From: Octopus sinensis
Taxonomy: Eukaryota
Length of the DNA stretch: 64,000 bases
Assembly: GCF_006345805.1 (NCBI RefSeq)
Contig: NC_043000.1
Coordinates: 98,270,001-98,334,000, forward strand
Direction of reading: 5' to 3'
The notes under the pieces were generated by a model. The model searched no databases and was not told the DNA's origin. It saw only the letters and a program-made list of their open reading frames with translations. Position 1 is the stretch's first letter. Each line of letters begins with the position of its first letter. The position numbers were made by a program, and so were the translations under genes. Shown in pieces: positions 39,883-53,461 of this stretch.

Positions 39883-40075
39883 ATATACGCACGCACACAC
39901 ATACACACACATGCATATCTACATGTATGCATGTATTTATGTATGTAGAAATTTTCTTCTATTTAGATAGTCACATATATTTTAAAATTTGAAACAAATG
40001 TTAATAATTTAAAAGAATTGCGATTAAATGAAACGATTACTATGACTGAAGTGAAGCTCTTAAATGAACACAAAC

Positions 40076-40202
40076 CTGTAATGTTGCAAGTATAGCGAAT
40101 ATGTATTCAAATACCACAGTGTCCTCATTGACGGCAAATAGACCGATGATCCATGTAAAACCCAACAGCGGGGATAAAACCAGCATCGCCCGAGCTCCTT
40201 TC
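40076..40202 (-). CDS. Adhesion GPCR TM6-TM7 exon
   Basis: cgttacctttcag|G+KGARAMLVLSPLLGFTWIIGLFAVNEDTVVFEYIFAILATLQ|gtttgt; family motif L.PLLG.TW..G. Confidence 0.95.
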
Positions 40203-40595
40203 CTGAAAGGTAACGTAAAAGAAGTGAAAACGTTTTACGGATAGTTCAAATGTAACAGTTCATTTTTAGAGTAATCAGCATTTCTGATTAAAGTTTCGAT
40301 CCTTATATGATATATTATAATATTCTATGGTCTTAATTGAAATGAAACAATTAATATTTCTGTTTTGTTGATTAAAAAATTCGGTTATGTGTTATCTAAT
40401 GTATATAAATCGCAGTATGTGCGTGTATAATGACTAAGACATACATTTCCACAATTCTCAATCGACTTTCACCAAACTTAACTTTACGCACAAATACTTA
40501 TGTCCCAAGGATGGTCCGCGTAAATAGACGTAAATGGACATAGATTTTTGTATGTAGGGTCTTCCATAGTTTTTAAATCTATATGGTCGTATATT

Positions 40596-40829
40596 CGTTT
40601 CTTTATTACCCACAAGGGGCTAAACATAGAAGGGACAAACAAGGACAGACAAACGGATTAAGTCGATTACATCGACCCCAGTGCGTAACTGGTACTTAAT
40701 TTATTGACCCCGAAAGGATGAAAGGTAAAGTCGAACACGGCGGAATTTGAACTCAGAACGTAACGGCAGACGAAATACGGCTACGCATTTCGCCCGGCGT
40801 GCTAACGTTTCTGCCAACTCGCCGCCTTT
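40596..40829 (-). mobile_element. Full-length family A SINE with 16-bp TSD
   Basis: TSD tatatggtcgtatatt at 40580-40595 and 40830-40845. Confidence 0.9.
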
Positions 40830-42657
40830 TATATGGTCGTATATTGGCATTAGAGAATATTTTTTAGTGGTTTTCATATTTTTTGATTTATAATTTATTT
40901 ATATATTGTAATTGTGTATTATTACTTTCTATATATGTTTATATGTGTATTGGTGTGTATTGTTTCCTCAATATTTATGTATTCTTTCTGTGTTTTGGTT
41001 AGAGAATATCATAAAAGTGAAATGATTTTGTCTATTTATTTATTTTGACTCTCTACCTTTCACGGTGATTAAATTGACCAGGAACACAGAACGAGATGAA
41101 TATCCAATACTAAACAATTTTAATCTCCATATTAATACATGTAATCTGCTCACTTTTATCGTCATTACAACTTCACAATTATCTGAATGCCTTACAACGT
41201 GACATCTTTCCACTGCGAACTGCTAAAGATTCAAAGCAGTATTCGTGAACTGAAGTCAAACTCTTCATTTTTTCGTTACCTGGAGTCAGTTTCAGAGTGG
41301 TCGTACACTGTAAGCATATAGCAAATACATTCCTTTAACTCTACCTTTTCAAGTAGGTATTATATTTCAAGTAGCTTATTGTCATTTTTGAACGTACCAA
41401 TCATACTTCTCTCCAAAAATAGCTCCCTTTGCTGTTGAATAAAATAAACTCGCAGAGGGAAAGTTTCAACGTCTTCCTTCAATTTACTTACACCATTCAT
41501 GTGGCTGTTTCTGACAAGAAATTTCGCTTTCATGTAAAACAACTATATTTTGTTGTTATTATCCGTAATCTACTCCCAAAACACTTCAGTAGGTCTACTT
41601 TGCATCGCTTGCAAACGTTTATATTCTATGATCATTAAAGTGCAACGACCTCCACAATAACAGTCTTCAATTTGGTTTTCTGTTCCTTAGTTAATCAGAA
41701 ACATAGATTGCCGTGCTACTCATAAATCTTCACAGTAGTTCAATTATTTGGTGAAAATAATATGGAAGCAACTTAAACTGTCCAAAGGATAGGTACGTAT
41801 ATGTGTGTATGTGTGTGTGTGCCTGTGCGCGTCTGTGTCTGTGTTTGTCCCACCACCATCGCTCGACAACCGATGTTAGTGTGCTTACATCCCCGTAACT
41901 TAGCGGTTCGGCAAAAGTGACCGATAGAATAAGTACTAGGCTTACAAAGAACAAGACTAAAGGTAGTGCTGTAGCATGCCCGCAGTCAAATGACTGAAAC
42001 AAGAAAAAGAAAAAAAAAATATATGATTATATATATATATATAATATTTAAAAAGAACTTGCTTGCTTGCATAATGGGAAAATACTATGAATTAAGGTTC
42101 CCCTGAAATGTGAATACAAATGGAGTAAAACAAGTTTCGCATAAATTAGACAACTGGTTACTGAGATATTAGGTGTTTTGGTGGTATAAATACCCAAAAC
42201 GGTGCATAATGGGAAAATACTCCGAAAATAATTTAACTCTGAAAGGGAAGAAATTCCAACCTTTTGATTAGACATATTAGTACTTTTAACTTGACGACGA
42301 AAAATTACGAGTTGTTTTTTTACAATAACTGTTTCTATTTTCGTTTTTCTTAAACACAATATTTTAATCATTTAGAAATATTTGTCAGTGAATGTTCTTT
42401 CAGAAATGTAAGTTATTTATTTGTACAGTAAGTTTTTATATTTTAGCTCTCTTTAAACAAACAATATTTTAATGATTTTTTAATATTATTTTCAAACGAG
42501 TTTGAAAAGTTTTTTTTGGCATATCTAAAAAAGATTTTAAAGTGAAAATGACTTTAAAAATGCAGTAAATATTTCGTAATAGACTTGTTCGTAACCATGG
42601 GGTGAAATAATTTCTTCCATAGGTATTTTTCGAGTGCATTCAACGTATTTCACCTCC

Positions 42658-42776
42658 AAAGATTTGGCTGTTATTTGTAGCACACCCTGATACCACGTAA
42701 CAGCTATTTGCGATAAAGGACCCGAAATAGCTGTTACGTGGTAGCAGGACGTACAAGAAATTGCAGCCAAATCTTT
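42658..42776. repeat. 119-bp hairpin
   Basis: Perfect 19-bp inner stem taccacgtaacagctattt / aaatagctgttacgtggta and perfect 13-bp outer stem aaagatttggctg / cagccaaatcttt. Confidence 0.8.
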
Positions 42777-42947
42777 CCTTTTCTGGGGAAAGAGCCGTTT
42801 ATGCGTGATTTCGATGTCACGTTCGTGACATGTGGATACACACGGAATGACAGATGTTTCGTGTAAATCGGACCACAGATTCCCGAGGTAGACGGTTTTT
42901 TCGGATACCTTGAACTATTAGTGACCCAACGAGTCATTGGTAGTCTA

Positions 42948-42999
<52 letters not shown>

Positions 43000-43218
43000 C
43001 ATTCACTTCACGCACAAACAGATGAATAGTATAGGGCAAGAACTCGGGGAATCATGTGACTATCCTAGGAAGCTTCTCATACGGACTCGGTTATCAGTCC
43101 ACATAGTAGTCAATTACAAAGTAGTGTGGTGTAAAGTGTCCATGTAACTGAAAATCCAGAAAATCCGAGCGATATTCAGTGAGGAGTATATAAAAACAAA
43201 GTTATACATTTTATTTAT

Positions 43219-43325
43219 TTAACCACGTAACTTCCCAGGAAGAATGCATAATTTCTGGTATATTGAAATAAATTCTACATGAAGGTTGCGAAACGGCCGT
43301 AATCCTATGAAGTTCACGTGATTAA
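43219..43325 (+). ncRNA. Decayed type I hammerhead at the apex of a ~24-bp extended stem I
   Basis: 3' half intact (gc GAAA cggccg TA atcc); 5' box appears to have lost tctga; flanks ttaaccacgtaacttcccagga / tcctatgaagttcacgtgattaa pair. Confidence 0.5.
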
Positions 43326-43360
43326 ATAAATCTATATTCATCTATCACATCTGACTTTAT

Positions 43361-43465
43361 GTATGTATGTATGTATGTATGTATGTATGTATGTATGTAT
43401 GTATGTATGTATGTATGTATGTATGTATGTATGTATGTATGTATGTATGTATGTATGTATGTATC
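43361..43465. repeat. Representative microsatellites: (TATG)n here; (TATC)n/(TCCA)n 44395-44608; (CATA)n 51500-51590; many (TA)n and (TG)n tracts
   Basis: Seen directly; they explain most YI/VC/HT-rich ORFs in the ORF track. Confidence 0.95.
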
Positions 43466-43640
43466 TTAATTTTCATCTTTTACATGTTCCAGTCACTGGA
43501 CTGAGGCCCTGAAGTATTTCTAAGTTGAATGAACGAACCCCAAGTACTTAGTTTTTTAAGCCTAGCACTTATTTTATCGGTGTCTTTGTCGAACCACTAA
43601 GTTACATGGACACACCAACGGCGGTTGTCAAGCGATGGTG

Positions 43641-43672
<32 letters not shown>

Positions 43673-44465
43673 ACGCACACGCACACACACAGATGTCTAC
43701 CAAAATCCGCCCACAAGACCTTGGTTAGCCCGAGGCTATAATTTAAGACACTTGCTCTAGGCGCTACACAGTGAGACTGGATCCAGAATGATGTGATTGG
43801 AAAGCAGGCTTCCTAGCTGACAGCCACTCCTGCGCATTTAAGTGAAGCATTTAATGACAATAAAACCATACACTTAATATTAAACTCACTAAACACCATA
43901 TTTGACCTTCTACTTTTAGGTCATTTTCTTGAGTTTTTGCATATTATAAATAGATTCTTTCTTAACATTATACATCTTTTTTCATTCATCGCCCACCTGG
44001 AATAACACAGCATGCTCAATTGTTAGATACTACACTTATCACAAATTAATCTATTAAAACACAGGTTGGCGATCAGTCAAAGATTCTGTTTGGACCATAA
44101 AAATATGCCCCGCGGCCACCTACAATAATGAGGACAACTTGGAGTCTTGAAACGAAACCTATCTCTCCACACCCCACCCCGTAGTCCTAGTATTCATTTA
44201 ACACTGTGGGCTTCCTTTTTGGTTTACCTTTCTTTTAGTTAAACTCCTATGATAAACGAGGATTTACTTCCCAACTACATGGTTCCAGGTTCAGTCCCAC
44301 TGTGTGGTACCTTAGGCAAGTGTCTTCTACTATAGCCTCGAGCCAACTAAAGCCTTGCAATTGGATTTGGTCGACGGAAACTGAAAGAAGTCCGTCCGTC
44401 CGTCCGTCCATCCATCCATCCATCAATCCATCCATCCATCCATCCATCCATCCATTCATCCATCC

Positions 44466-44608
<143 letters not shown>

Positions 44609-44737
44609 ACTTTGTCCATAATTGGGCTAACGATTATGAATTAACTATTTTAATCATTCTTAGAATTATCTTTGAGGACTTTATTCTAAGTTGGCAGGTC
44701 ATAACGTCTTCTTGAACTTGCCATGCTCAGGAAGATA

Positions 44738-44958
44738 TACGATAGGGTATCCAAAAGAAACCCGAATTTTGAAATGTCATCTTATTCACTTAGTTTTATA
44801 TGTTTACACTTTTATCGCCTTCACTGTATTCTCTATTTAGAGCAATGCATCGGTCCAGACACGTTTTCCACTGTTCAAAGCAGTGCTGGAACTCCTGTGA
44901 AGTGATGCCTTTTAACGGCTCCATCGCTTTTTCTTCACCTCTTCCACATTTGAATATA

Positions 44959-44999
<41 letters not shown>

Positions 45000-45767
45000 T
45001 TGCATGTGTGTACGAGATGGGTGCCCAAAAGTAACTGGAAACGTTCTCTATGGGAAAACCCGTTGTAATTCAGGCTTCCACCGCTAGAAGCTCCTTGATG
45101 CAGCCCTCAGGCATCAGTCTACCGACCGGCGTCGTCATGTATAGTTGTACTGACACATGGTGCGTCTTTGTTTTGCAGTACTCCCCCGCCCCTGCACTTC
45201 GATTTTTGCAATGGCTGAAACGAAAGACTAGCGTGCTTCCATGAAATTCTGTTTTCTGCTGGGGAAAACGGCGGCCGAAACAGTTGTCATGTTTTAAACA
45301 GCTTACAAGGACGCTACCATGAGCAAAACACACGTTTACGAATGGTTTTCAAGCTTTAGGAATGGTCACTTGTCACTTGAAGACCAACTTCATTCAGGGC
45401 GACCATCGACCTCCCGAACGAATGAAAACATCATGAAAATTCATGAACTGATCTTGGAGGACTGTAGCCGAACAACTGACAAACTTGTTGATATGACTTG
45501 TGTGTCCAGGTGCTCCTGCAAACGAAGTTTGGGCGAAGAATTGCGAATGAAAAGAGTTGTAGCAAAATTTGTACTTCGCTTGCTCACTGAAGATTAAAAG
45601 CAGCCTCTCTTGAACTAAAAGAACAGCTGAAAGCTGATCCAGACCTTTTTCAAGTCATCACTGGTGACGAAAACTGGTGCTAAGGAATTTTCAAATGTGG
45701 AAGAGGTGAAGAAAAAGCGATGGAGCCGTTAAAAGGCATCACTTCACAGGAGTTCCAGCACTGCTTT
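44738..45767. mobile_element. Mariner element split by an internal inversion
   Basis: 5' part on + (TIR 45011; SKTHVYEWFSSF..GRPSTS..KRVVAKFV); 3' part on - (TIR 44738; FQHCFEQWKTCLDRCI); 78-bp segment duplicated in inverted orientation. Confidence 0.85.
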
Positions 45768-45804
45768 CATCTTTTACACTTATATATATTTACACTTATA
45801 TATA

Positions 45805-45839
<35 letters not shown>

Positions 45840-46007
45840 ACAATAATATTAATTCAACAATACTATTAAGGAATGGCCTTAATAGGCCATTCAACTCACT
45901 AAAACGAGCAGCCAAACTCAAACCGCTAAATAGTAGTAATTCAGAAATCAAAGGAAAATTAAAAACATTTACCCTTATCATCTTTGGACTATGCATAGTT
46001 TCGACGT

Positions 46008-46060
<53 letters not shown>

Positions 46061-46079
46061 GTGTGGTGTATCTCTGTGT

Positions 46080-46366
46080 GAAGGCGCATGGCTTAGTGGT
46101 TAGATCATTCAGTTTACGTATTGTGTCCTTGACCAAGATGCATCATTTCTCGTTTCTCCAGTTCACTTAGCTGGCAAAAAGGAGTTGTAACTGTAAATGA
46201 AAGGGCTGTACTCGTTATGTTCTGTTTCAAGCTTAATTTCCTTGAGAACTCCGTTAACGATGCACATGTGTGTAGTGTGTTTTTCTACTTGCACACTTGC
46301 ACTTTAATTTCACGACCAAGCTGTTCCGTTAATCGAATCAACTAGAACAGTCGTCATCGTAACAAC

Positions 46367-46368
<2 letters not shown>
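46080..46368 (+). mobile_element. Decayed tRNA-derived SINE, third family
   Basis: Head aaggcgcatggcttagtggttag; tgtgtccttgaccaagatgc..ctccagttcacttagctg. Confidence 0.55.
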
Positions 46369-46458
<90 letters not shown>

Positions 46459-46983
46459 TCCGATGCTGTAATTATTCTATCAATCAATAGGTCTCAGTTT
46501 CATAATCGTTTCCAGCTTTGCCATAAGGATTACAACAACCCCAGTGCTCGACTGTTACTTATTTTATCGATCCAGAAAGGATAAAAGGTAAAGGCGACTT
46601 CGGTGGCATTTGAAATCAGAATGTAAACGACTGGAAGCAATGCTGCTAAAAACTTTGTGCAGTGTGCTAACGATTTAGTCAGCTTCACTGTCTTGGTCTC
46701 AGATTAATAAGCCTTTCTAATATAGGCACAAGGCCTGACATATTGCTGCCGGAGGACTAGTCGATTACATCGTCCCCAGTCTCGAACTGATACTTATTTT
46801 ACCAATGTCGAAAAGATAAAAGGTAAAGTCAACCTCGGTGGAATTTGAACTGAAAACGGACAGACGGAAGAAATATCGTTAAGCATTTTGATCGGCGTGC
46901 TAACCTGTCAGATCACCACCATGGTCTCAAATGGATAATAGAACAAATACAGCGACAAAACTGAAAGAAAATATTGTGCTTAC

Positions 46984-47081
46984 TTTATGCGTTCTGCAGT
47001 AGTTGGTTTAGTAGTATGTTTTAATATAGAGCCTGCTGACATTAAGGCCCTGAGTGCAAATACACAGCATATGATGTTCGC
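46984..47081 (-). CDS. Adhesion GPCR TM5 end / ICL3 exon
   Basis: ctcttgcttacaccag|ANIICCVFALRALMSAGSILKHTTKPTTAERI+AA|gtaagc; phases 0 and 2 match neighbours. Confidence 0.9.
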
Positions 47082-47899
47082 CTGGTGTAAGCAAGAGAAA
47101 AAAGAACAATGAAAATTAAAAATATAAAAAAAAAAGAAAAAGAAATTCACATATGTCATGAAACACAAATAGCAACACAAAGCTACACATATTGGGATTA
47201 TATCGACCTTGCAACATGATGGCTATTTTATTTTATTCAACCACCACTGAAAGGATGGAAGTTAATACCGATTTTGGCTGTAACTAAATGCTGTAAGAAA
47301 CTTTATTCGACGCTCAAGAAGAACAGGCCAAATAGTTTTGGAAGAAAACAGTCAATAGTATCGACCCTTAGCATCTGATTGGTACATTATTTGTATCGAC
47401 CCTCCTTGATATCAATCTCAGCAAATTTTGAACTTATAAAACAAAGAAACATAAACTAACGATTTTGCCAATCCATCACCACATTGCGAACATATTTAGC
47501 TGAGAAAACAAGAGTTAACTATCTATATTATTTCTTGGTGAACCGTTTTGACTTTCGTAAGAATTCTTTCTCATCGCTGCAACATCCTCGAGTTGAACTC
47601 TCCGTAACGCAGTGGTTGTGTGGCGGTCTCTATAGCATATAGCTAATTGAATAACCCCACTTCGTCAATTTTTTACCCCTAGCCAAAAATTCCTGTTATC
47701 TACAATTATAATAGATCTCACCGCTTTGTCCCCTCTCTCTCACTGTGCTATTGACTTTATTGTCCGCAATCTGCATCCAAACCATATATTTCCTTCTCAG
47801 AATACATAAATCGATAACATCGGCTGCCCCGCAGTTTCTGCTTGCAGTTGCCTCACTTCATTCAAATATCTTCATAGGGCCCTCGAACCCTTACCAGCT

Positions 47900-48900
47900 A
47901 CCTTTCTTTCCTACATTCGTAATACTAATAACTTATCATTTCAATTCCTTTTTCTCACATAGCTCTTCCATACTCCTCTTCTCACTGAATATTAAATTAC
48001 TACACGACAATATTCTGACCTTCATGTAATCCTTAGGCTGTCGCACTTGCCTCGACCCAGCAACTCTTCTGCCTTGCTGTGCTTGTCTTTTGAATTGCAT
48101 CTCAACGGAGCAGTCATGGTAACCAGAATCAACCCGAGCAACACTAACCTTCTATATCAAGGGTGAAATCATTATCCATTTCTCTGGCCCCATTCCTGAA
48201 CTGTGTGGTAAGTAAAGCGATGATGGCATCAGAACTGCCTTTCTCCACCATACTCAACTCACCACCTTCATCAACTTGGTTGATTACTCCCACTCAGCTC
48301 ATCAAATCACTTCTGCCTTCTTCTCTTCCTCTATCACTTCCTTTGACAACTCTGCCATCAGTGATTACCAAAACCTCTCCCTCTCCACGTCTAATTTCTA
48401 TAAACCAACTTACACTTACCTCGAATTCACCTCTTCGCACCTAACTACTCTAAATCTTCCATTTCTTACAATTCCTGCATCTTCGTCGTCACAATTTTAA
48501 AATCCAGTCCCATCTGATGACTCCCCAATTCGTGTGTCATGGTTATTCCCAGACCAGTGGCAATAAACCTCTCCTCCATTCTTGCATTCCCTCACCACAT
48601 TTTCCCCACTCTTGGCCATTTGCTTTATTCCTTCCCTTCCACTCCAATATCTTATCTCTTCGACGGTCCGTCTTGCACATTTAGACACTGCTACATCTAT
48701 CATATTCCATGGACAAACCCTCCCCTGTTTCCATTAGACCCTTAATTTGCGTGTTTTTAGTTCAATGCTCCTCTAACATTCCTTGTAGCCAAACCGGATC
48801 TTTCCCTGCTCTCGAGCCCTATGTAACACATGCCCTCTTATCCTGAACATCACTACACTTCTTGGTCCCAATCAATATCACTTCCATGTTATCAGCCACC
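47900..48900 (+). mobile_element. Decayed Penelope-like RT remnant
   Basis: DDGIRT..TTFINLVDYSH..STSNFYKPT..YLEFTSSH resembles PLE RT (DD..F..N.FHP..YKPT..YL.F.SSHP). Confidence 0.6.
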
Positions 48901-49184
48901 CCTAAAAACGTCGTTTACGGTCTTAAATATCTCTTATATATTGGTGATTCTGGTTCCAAATTATTTTTTAATTTCCTTTTCTTCCCTTTGATAAAAGGTA
49001 TCACAAGAAATTTGTTTGTATCTTGAGTGTATTCAATTTCATTGTACACTTTTTTGTCGCTCTTTTGCATTATATTTCTACGCTTTTCAGTCATCTGTTT
49101 TCACTTCTGCTATTTTTGTTTTTCTTATTTGCCTCAAATTTTGCTCGTGTTATTTGTTGTGATTTTTACGCCCGCGCCCGCGCC

Positions 49185-49222
<38 letters not shown>

Positions 49223-50144
49223 AATTTACATATACCCATGTAAATGTGTGTACGTGTGTATATAGATACACTCCCATCTAGATCCCTCACAGGGCAATGA
49301 TTAAGCTGTTGAAAAATTGCGGATTAGCAGAGCTGTTAGAGCGCCGAGAAAATACGCTGCAATGTTTGTTCCAGTTCTCTACGTTCTGAATTCGAATTCC
49401 GTCGAGGTTAACTTTGCCTCTCATCCTTGAAAAAGGGCCTATTATGGGCAGCGGGTTGTTGAAGTTGTTAAGAGCATCGAATAGAGTGTCTTGCGATATG
49501 TGTTCTGGCCCTCTGCGTTCTGACGACAACCCATGCAATGACACTGGTGCCAGGTCTTGGGTATCATCGGGTGTAGACAGAGGAAACTTGTACGCACACG
49601 CTGCTGCTACTGCTTCTCAAAATCCTTACACAGGCCAGCATCCTACTGTGGGTGCAGATTTATAATCAACTGTAATTGGTTGACCTTAACTCCTGTACTG
49701 CATAGCTTCCGTTTGCCAAATGTAGTGGTCGAAATTGTAGTTATGAAGACACTTGCTCAAAGTGACGTGCAAAAGGATCGAACCCAGAACCATGTGGTTG
49801 CTTGTACTCATACAGAAAATTATGAACATTACATTAATAGATTTTGCTTTACCTAAAGATACTGAAAAAAATATGCAGATGTGGAGAGAAATTATTCGCG
49901 TGTGTGTGTGTATGAGTATGTGTATGTGTGTGCGCGCACGCGCACGTAACTGAAAAGTTGGGAGAGGGAGGGGAGAGAGAAAGGAAAAGTCAAATCTAAA
50001 AAGAAGAACTCGGATGAAAGTGAGGAAAAATTGGAGTGAAAAGAGAGAAAAAGAGAATCAAAGAGACAGAAGAAAAAGTGAGAAAAACAGAATAAGGGCT
50101 AACGCTAAAGAAATTGAGAGAGAGAGTGAGAAAAACCAGAAAAG

Positions 50145-50195
<51 letters not shown>

Positions 50196-50483
50196 CAGAT
50201 AAATATACATAGAGAGAGAACGCGAGAAAAAAAGTAGAGATGGGGAAAGTGTGAGAGAAAGGAAAGAAGATAGACAGATGGAAAGAGAGAGAGAGAGAGT
50301 GAAAGAGAGAGAGTGAAGGAAAGAAAAGCAGATAAATTGAGAGAAAAATATGAAATGCAAGGAAAGAAGATGGGTAAGGATGAGGGAAAGGAAGAAAAGG
50401 AAAGAGAAAAATAAGAAAGGAAGAAAGAATGAAACCAATAAAGGAAGACAAAGAAAAAAGGTGAACGAAGCTAATATAATTAC

Positions 50484-50550
50484 AATGATAATTGCAATGA
50501 CAGGACCGATGAGTGCCCATATTAATCCACTTTCTCGATCCAACCAGCAA
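50484..50550 (-). CDS. Adhesion GPCR ECL2-TM5 exon
   Basis: ttattgatttcag|T+CWLDRESGLIWALIGPVIAIII|gtaatt; family motif CWL....IW.F.GP. Confidence 0.95.
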
Positions 50551-50770
50551 CTGAAATCAATAAATAAATAAATTTGAAAGAAACGAAACTGAAATAAATA
50601 AATAAATAAATAAAAAGAAACGAAAGAATTTGACATTTTGTTCTTGTATTTCATTTTCAGGATTCTTGATGTGAATTCGTATCTTCATAATTAGTTTTGT
50701 TGCGTCTTGGAAGGGTCATCACGCCAATAATAATAATAATCACACACAGTGGTTGCATATCACACCTTTA

Positions 50771-50894
50771 TTAGCCAATCGGTTAAACATCTAACCAACT
50801 AGCTAATTGATCGTTTGTTTAACGTGTTGTTTAACGTGTTGGTTAAACAACCGAATAATTAGTTAGTCGGTTAGATATTTAATCGATTGACTAA
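50771..50894. repeat. 124-bp imperfect foldback hairpin
   Basis: 38-bp outer arms differ by 5 transitions only; inner arms continue to a small loop carrying a tgtttaacgtgt duplication. Confidence 0.8.
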
Positions 50895-50978
50895 CAGTAA
50901 AGAAGTTATATTGTACCGGTGCGTGTATTTATTATTATTGGTGTAATGACCCTCTCAAGACACACACACACACACACT

Positions 50979-51071
<93 letters not shown>

Positions 51072-51571
51072 CGTTTTCCTTTGGATTAAATATCTCATAG
51101 TTATTGCTTTTATTTAAACTCAGTAGAATTATGATTAAAGACTTTCTTGTCGTAAACATCGCATCCATTTTTTCATCCATTAAAAAAAATCCTTTATCTT
51201 GTACTTGCTTCAGTCATTGAACTTCGGCCAAGCTGAGGTACCGCCTTAAAGTCTTTAGTCGAACAAATCAACCCCAGTACTTATTTTTTCAATCGAGCAA
51301 TTGGTCGATGGAGCAAATGGAAGTACGAACAACCTATGAGGGTTATCAGAAACAACTGCAAGTCTAAGATGTACAAATAAGAATTATGTAAAACCCATTA
51401 TTTTTTCTATTATATATATATATATATTATATATATATATATATAGACCTCCTTGTTCCTACACCTGTCTACGTCTTTTGTTTCCTGTAAATTTGAACTA
51501 CATACATACATACATACATACATACATACATACATACATACATACATACATACATACATACATACATGCAT

Positions 51572-51624
<53 letters not shown>

Positions 51625-51798
51625 CACACACATATATATATATATATACTTTGGCTATGTCAGATGAGTTCAGCAAAAATTTAGATTCAGATGAATATGG
51701 TACTTAAGTTGAGGTACCAGAATTTAGTACGATATTATCCATACAATTTCAAAGTAAGATGATTAAAATCAAATAAGCAACAAGGATATCCAGAGGTA

Positions 51799-51887
51799 AT
51801 GCAGTACGATCGTTTCATGCAACTCTATTTGATTGAACAATTCAATCATTACATCAATTTAAAATACAGAGCAATCTTCAGCTGCAC
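51799..51887 (-). ncRNA. Type I hammerhead ribozyme, sense to the GPCR pre-mRNA
   Basis: gtgcag CTGAAGA ttgc..gcat GAAA cgatcg TA ctgcat; 6-bp stem I; U-U mismatch at 10.1/11.1; palindromic stem III. Confidence 0.7.
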
Positions 51888-52405
51888 AAAGACAGAATTT
51901 AATTAAATTAGAACAGATGGACACATTAGTATAATTATATCTAAATTCTCCAAGAAGTTAAGGAGATAGACAAAGAACATGCTGCCTCATTCCAGTTTAG
52001 AAGTTACTGAATTTTCAAGATATACATTGTTACAGACTCTGCCTGTCACTGATTTTTTGTTTTTAAGGGGTTAGTTTTAATTTATAGACTAGTTTATCAA
52101 ATCCCTTGTATATCTAAGGCTGAGAGAACAGAGGGCAGTATCTGTTAGGGGTAGGGTGGAGGGACCAGACAGCATAGTTGGTATAGTCATAAAAATCAAG
52201 ATTTATTAGAACTACTGCTTAGTTTTTCTTTTCTTTCTTCAGCTAAATATGAAATTTCAATTAATTGCAAATTTTTTGCGACAGTATTCAGTATTACTTT
52301 AATCATTCTGAATCGAATTCTTTTAGTAATATTCTACGAATTCTTAAAGATTTGCAAAATATAAGATTAGCTCAAAAAAAATACAACCAAAATATTTATA
52401 CTTAC

Positions 52406-52475
52406 AATTTATCGTTTCCAAAGCCTTCAAGTTGTGTTGCTCCTAGGGAAATTCCAACAATAATTGCTGGAGCAA
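52406..52475 (-). CDS. Adhesion GPCR TM4 exon
   Basis: tttgttttgttttag|TT+APAIIVGISLGATQLEGFGNDK+TT|gtaagt; phases 1 and 2 match neighbours. Confidence 0.95.
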
Positions 52476-52779
52476 CTAAAACAAAACAAAAGATAGAAGT
52501 GTAACTTGCATCTCAAGAATTTGTCGATTACTTTATGAAAGCTACTTGTATATATATATATGTTGATTGGGCATCTTTCTTTCAAAGTCAGTGTGTATAA
52601 ATCTTTCACTGAGCAGATTTCTGCAACCAATGTTCTACTGTTAACCGAAAGTGCATTCGCTTTTCCCACGGCATACGAACTAACCCAAATTTGAAAATTC
52701 TCTAAAATGATTTTTGACGACACAGACAAACCCGTAGTTTCTTCAGGCCTTTCTTTTTGCTGTATTGCTCATAAATACC

Positions 52780-53037
52780 TATTTATTTACTACCCATGCA
52801 TATCCTATTTCGTTATTACCCACAAGGGGCTAAACACAGAGAGGACAAACAAGGACAGACATAGGTATTAAGTCGATTACATTGACCCCAGTGCGTAACT
52901 GGTACTTAATTTATCGACCCCGAAAGGATGAAAGGTAAAGTCGACCTCGGCGGAATTTGAACTCAGAACGTAACGGCAGACGAAATACCGCTAAGCATTT
53001 CGTCCAGCGTGCTAACGTTTCTGCCAGCTCGCCGCCT
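52780..53037 (-). mobile_element. Full-length family A SINE with 19-bp TSD
   Basis: TSD tgtattgctcataaatacc at 52761-52779 and 53038-53056. Confidence 0.9.
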
Positions 53038-53461
53038 TGTATTGCTCATAAATACCATCATCATTCCTCACCCAGCATGTCCAATCAACAAAGAATCAGA
53101 TGTCAGTTTCCCATCGCGCTTGTTTCATTGTTTGCTAGCTTGAGTGCCAGATATTCTGGCTTCATAGAACCTATTGAAGCCTCAGAAAATAAATCATTAT
53201 TCTCAAAATTTAATAACACTTATTATTTTTCTTCAAATTATAGATTTTTTAAGGAAAATGTAGAAATAGTTAATCTCAACCCGGCATTCTATATGATATC
53301 TCATATGCTGGGTGAGGTACGAATCATTTGTTATACTAAAAGACAAAAATCAATTTCATGGGAAAAGAGATGCGATAGGAACACATTCACACACCACGAA
53401 GAGGTAGATAATTTCTTTCAGATCAATGAAAATGTATACATAATTAGTTTGATTAACTTAC

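Noticed and set aside
42061-42225. Minus-strand hydrophobic ORF with an acceptor-like site, considered as the TM6 exon; 18-bp direct repeat gcataatgggaaaatact
   Set aside because: Wrong phase with a stop in the required frame; the true TM6 exon is 40076-40202
52670-52750. Minus-strand CTGAAGA aacta...tagtt resembling a hammerhead
   Set aside because: GAAA box and stem III absent; too degenerate
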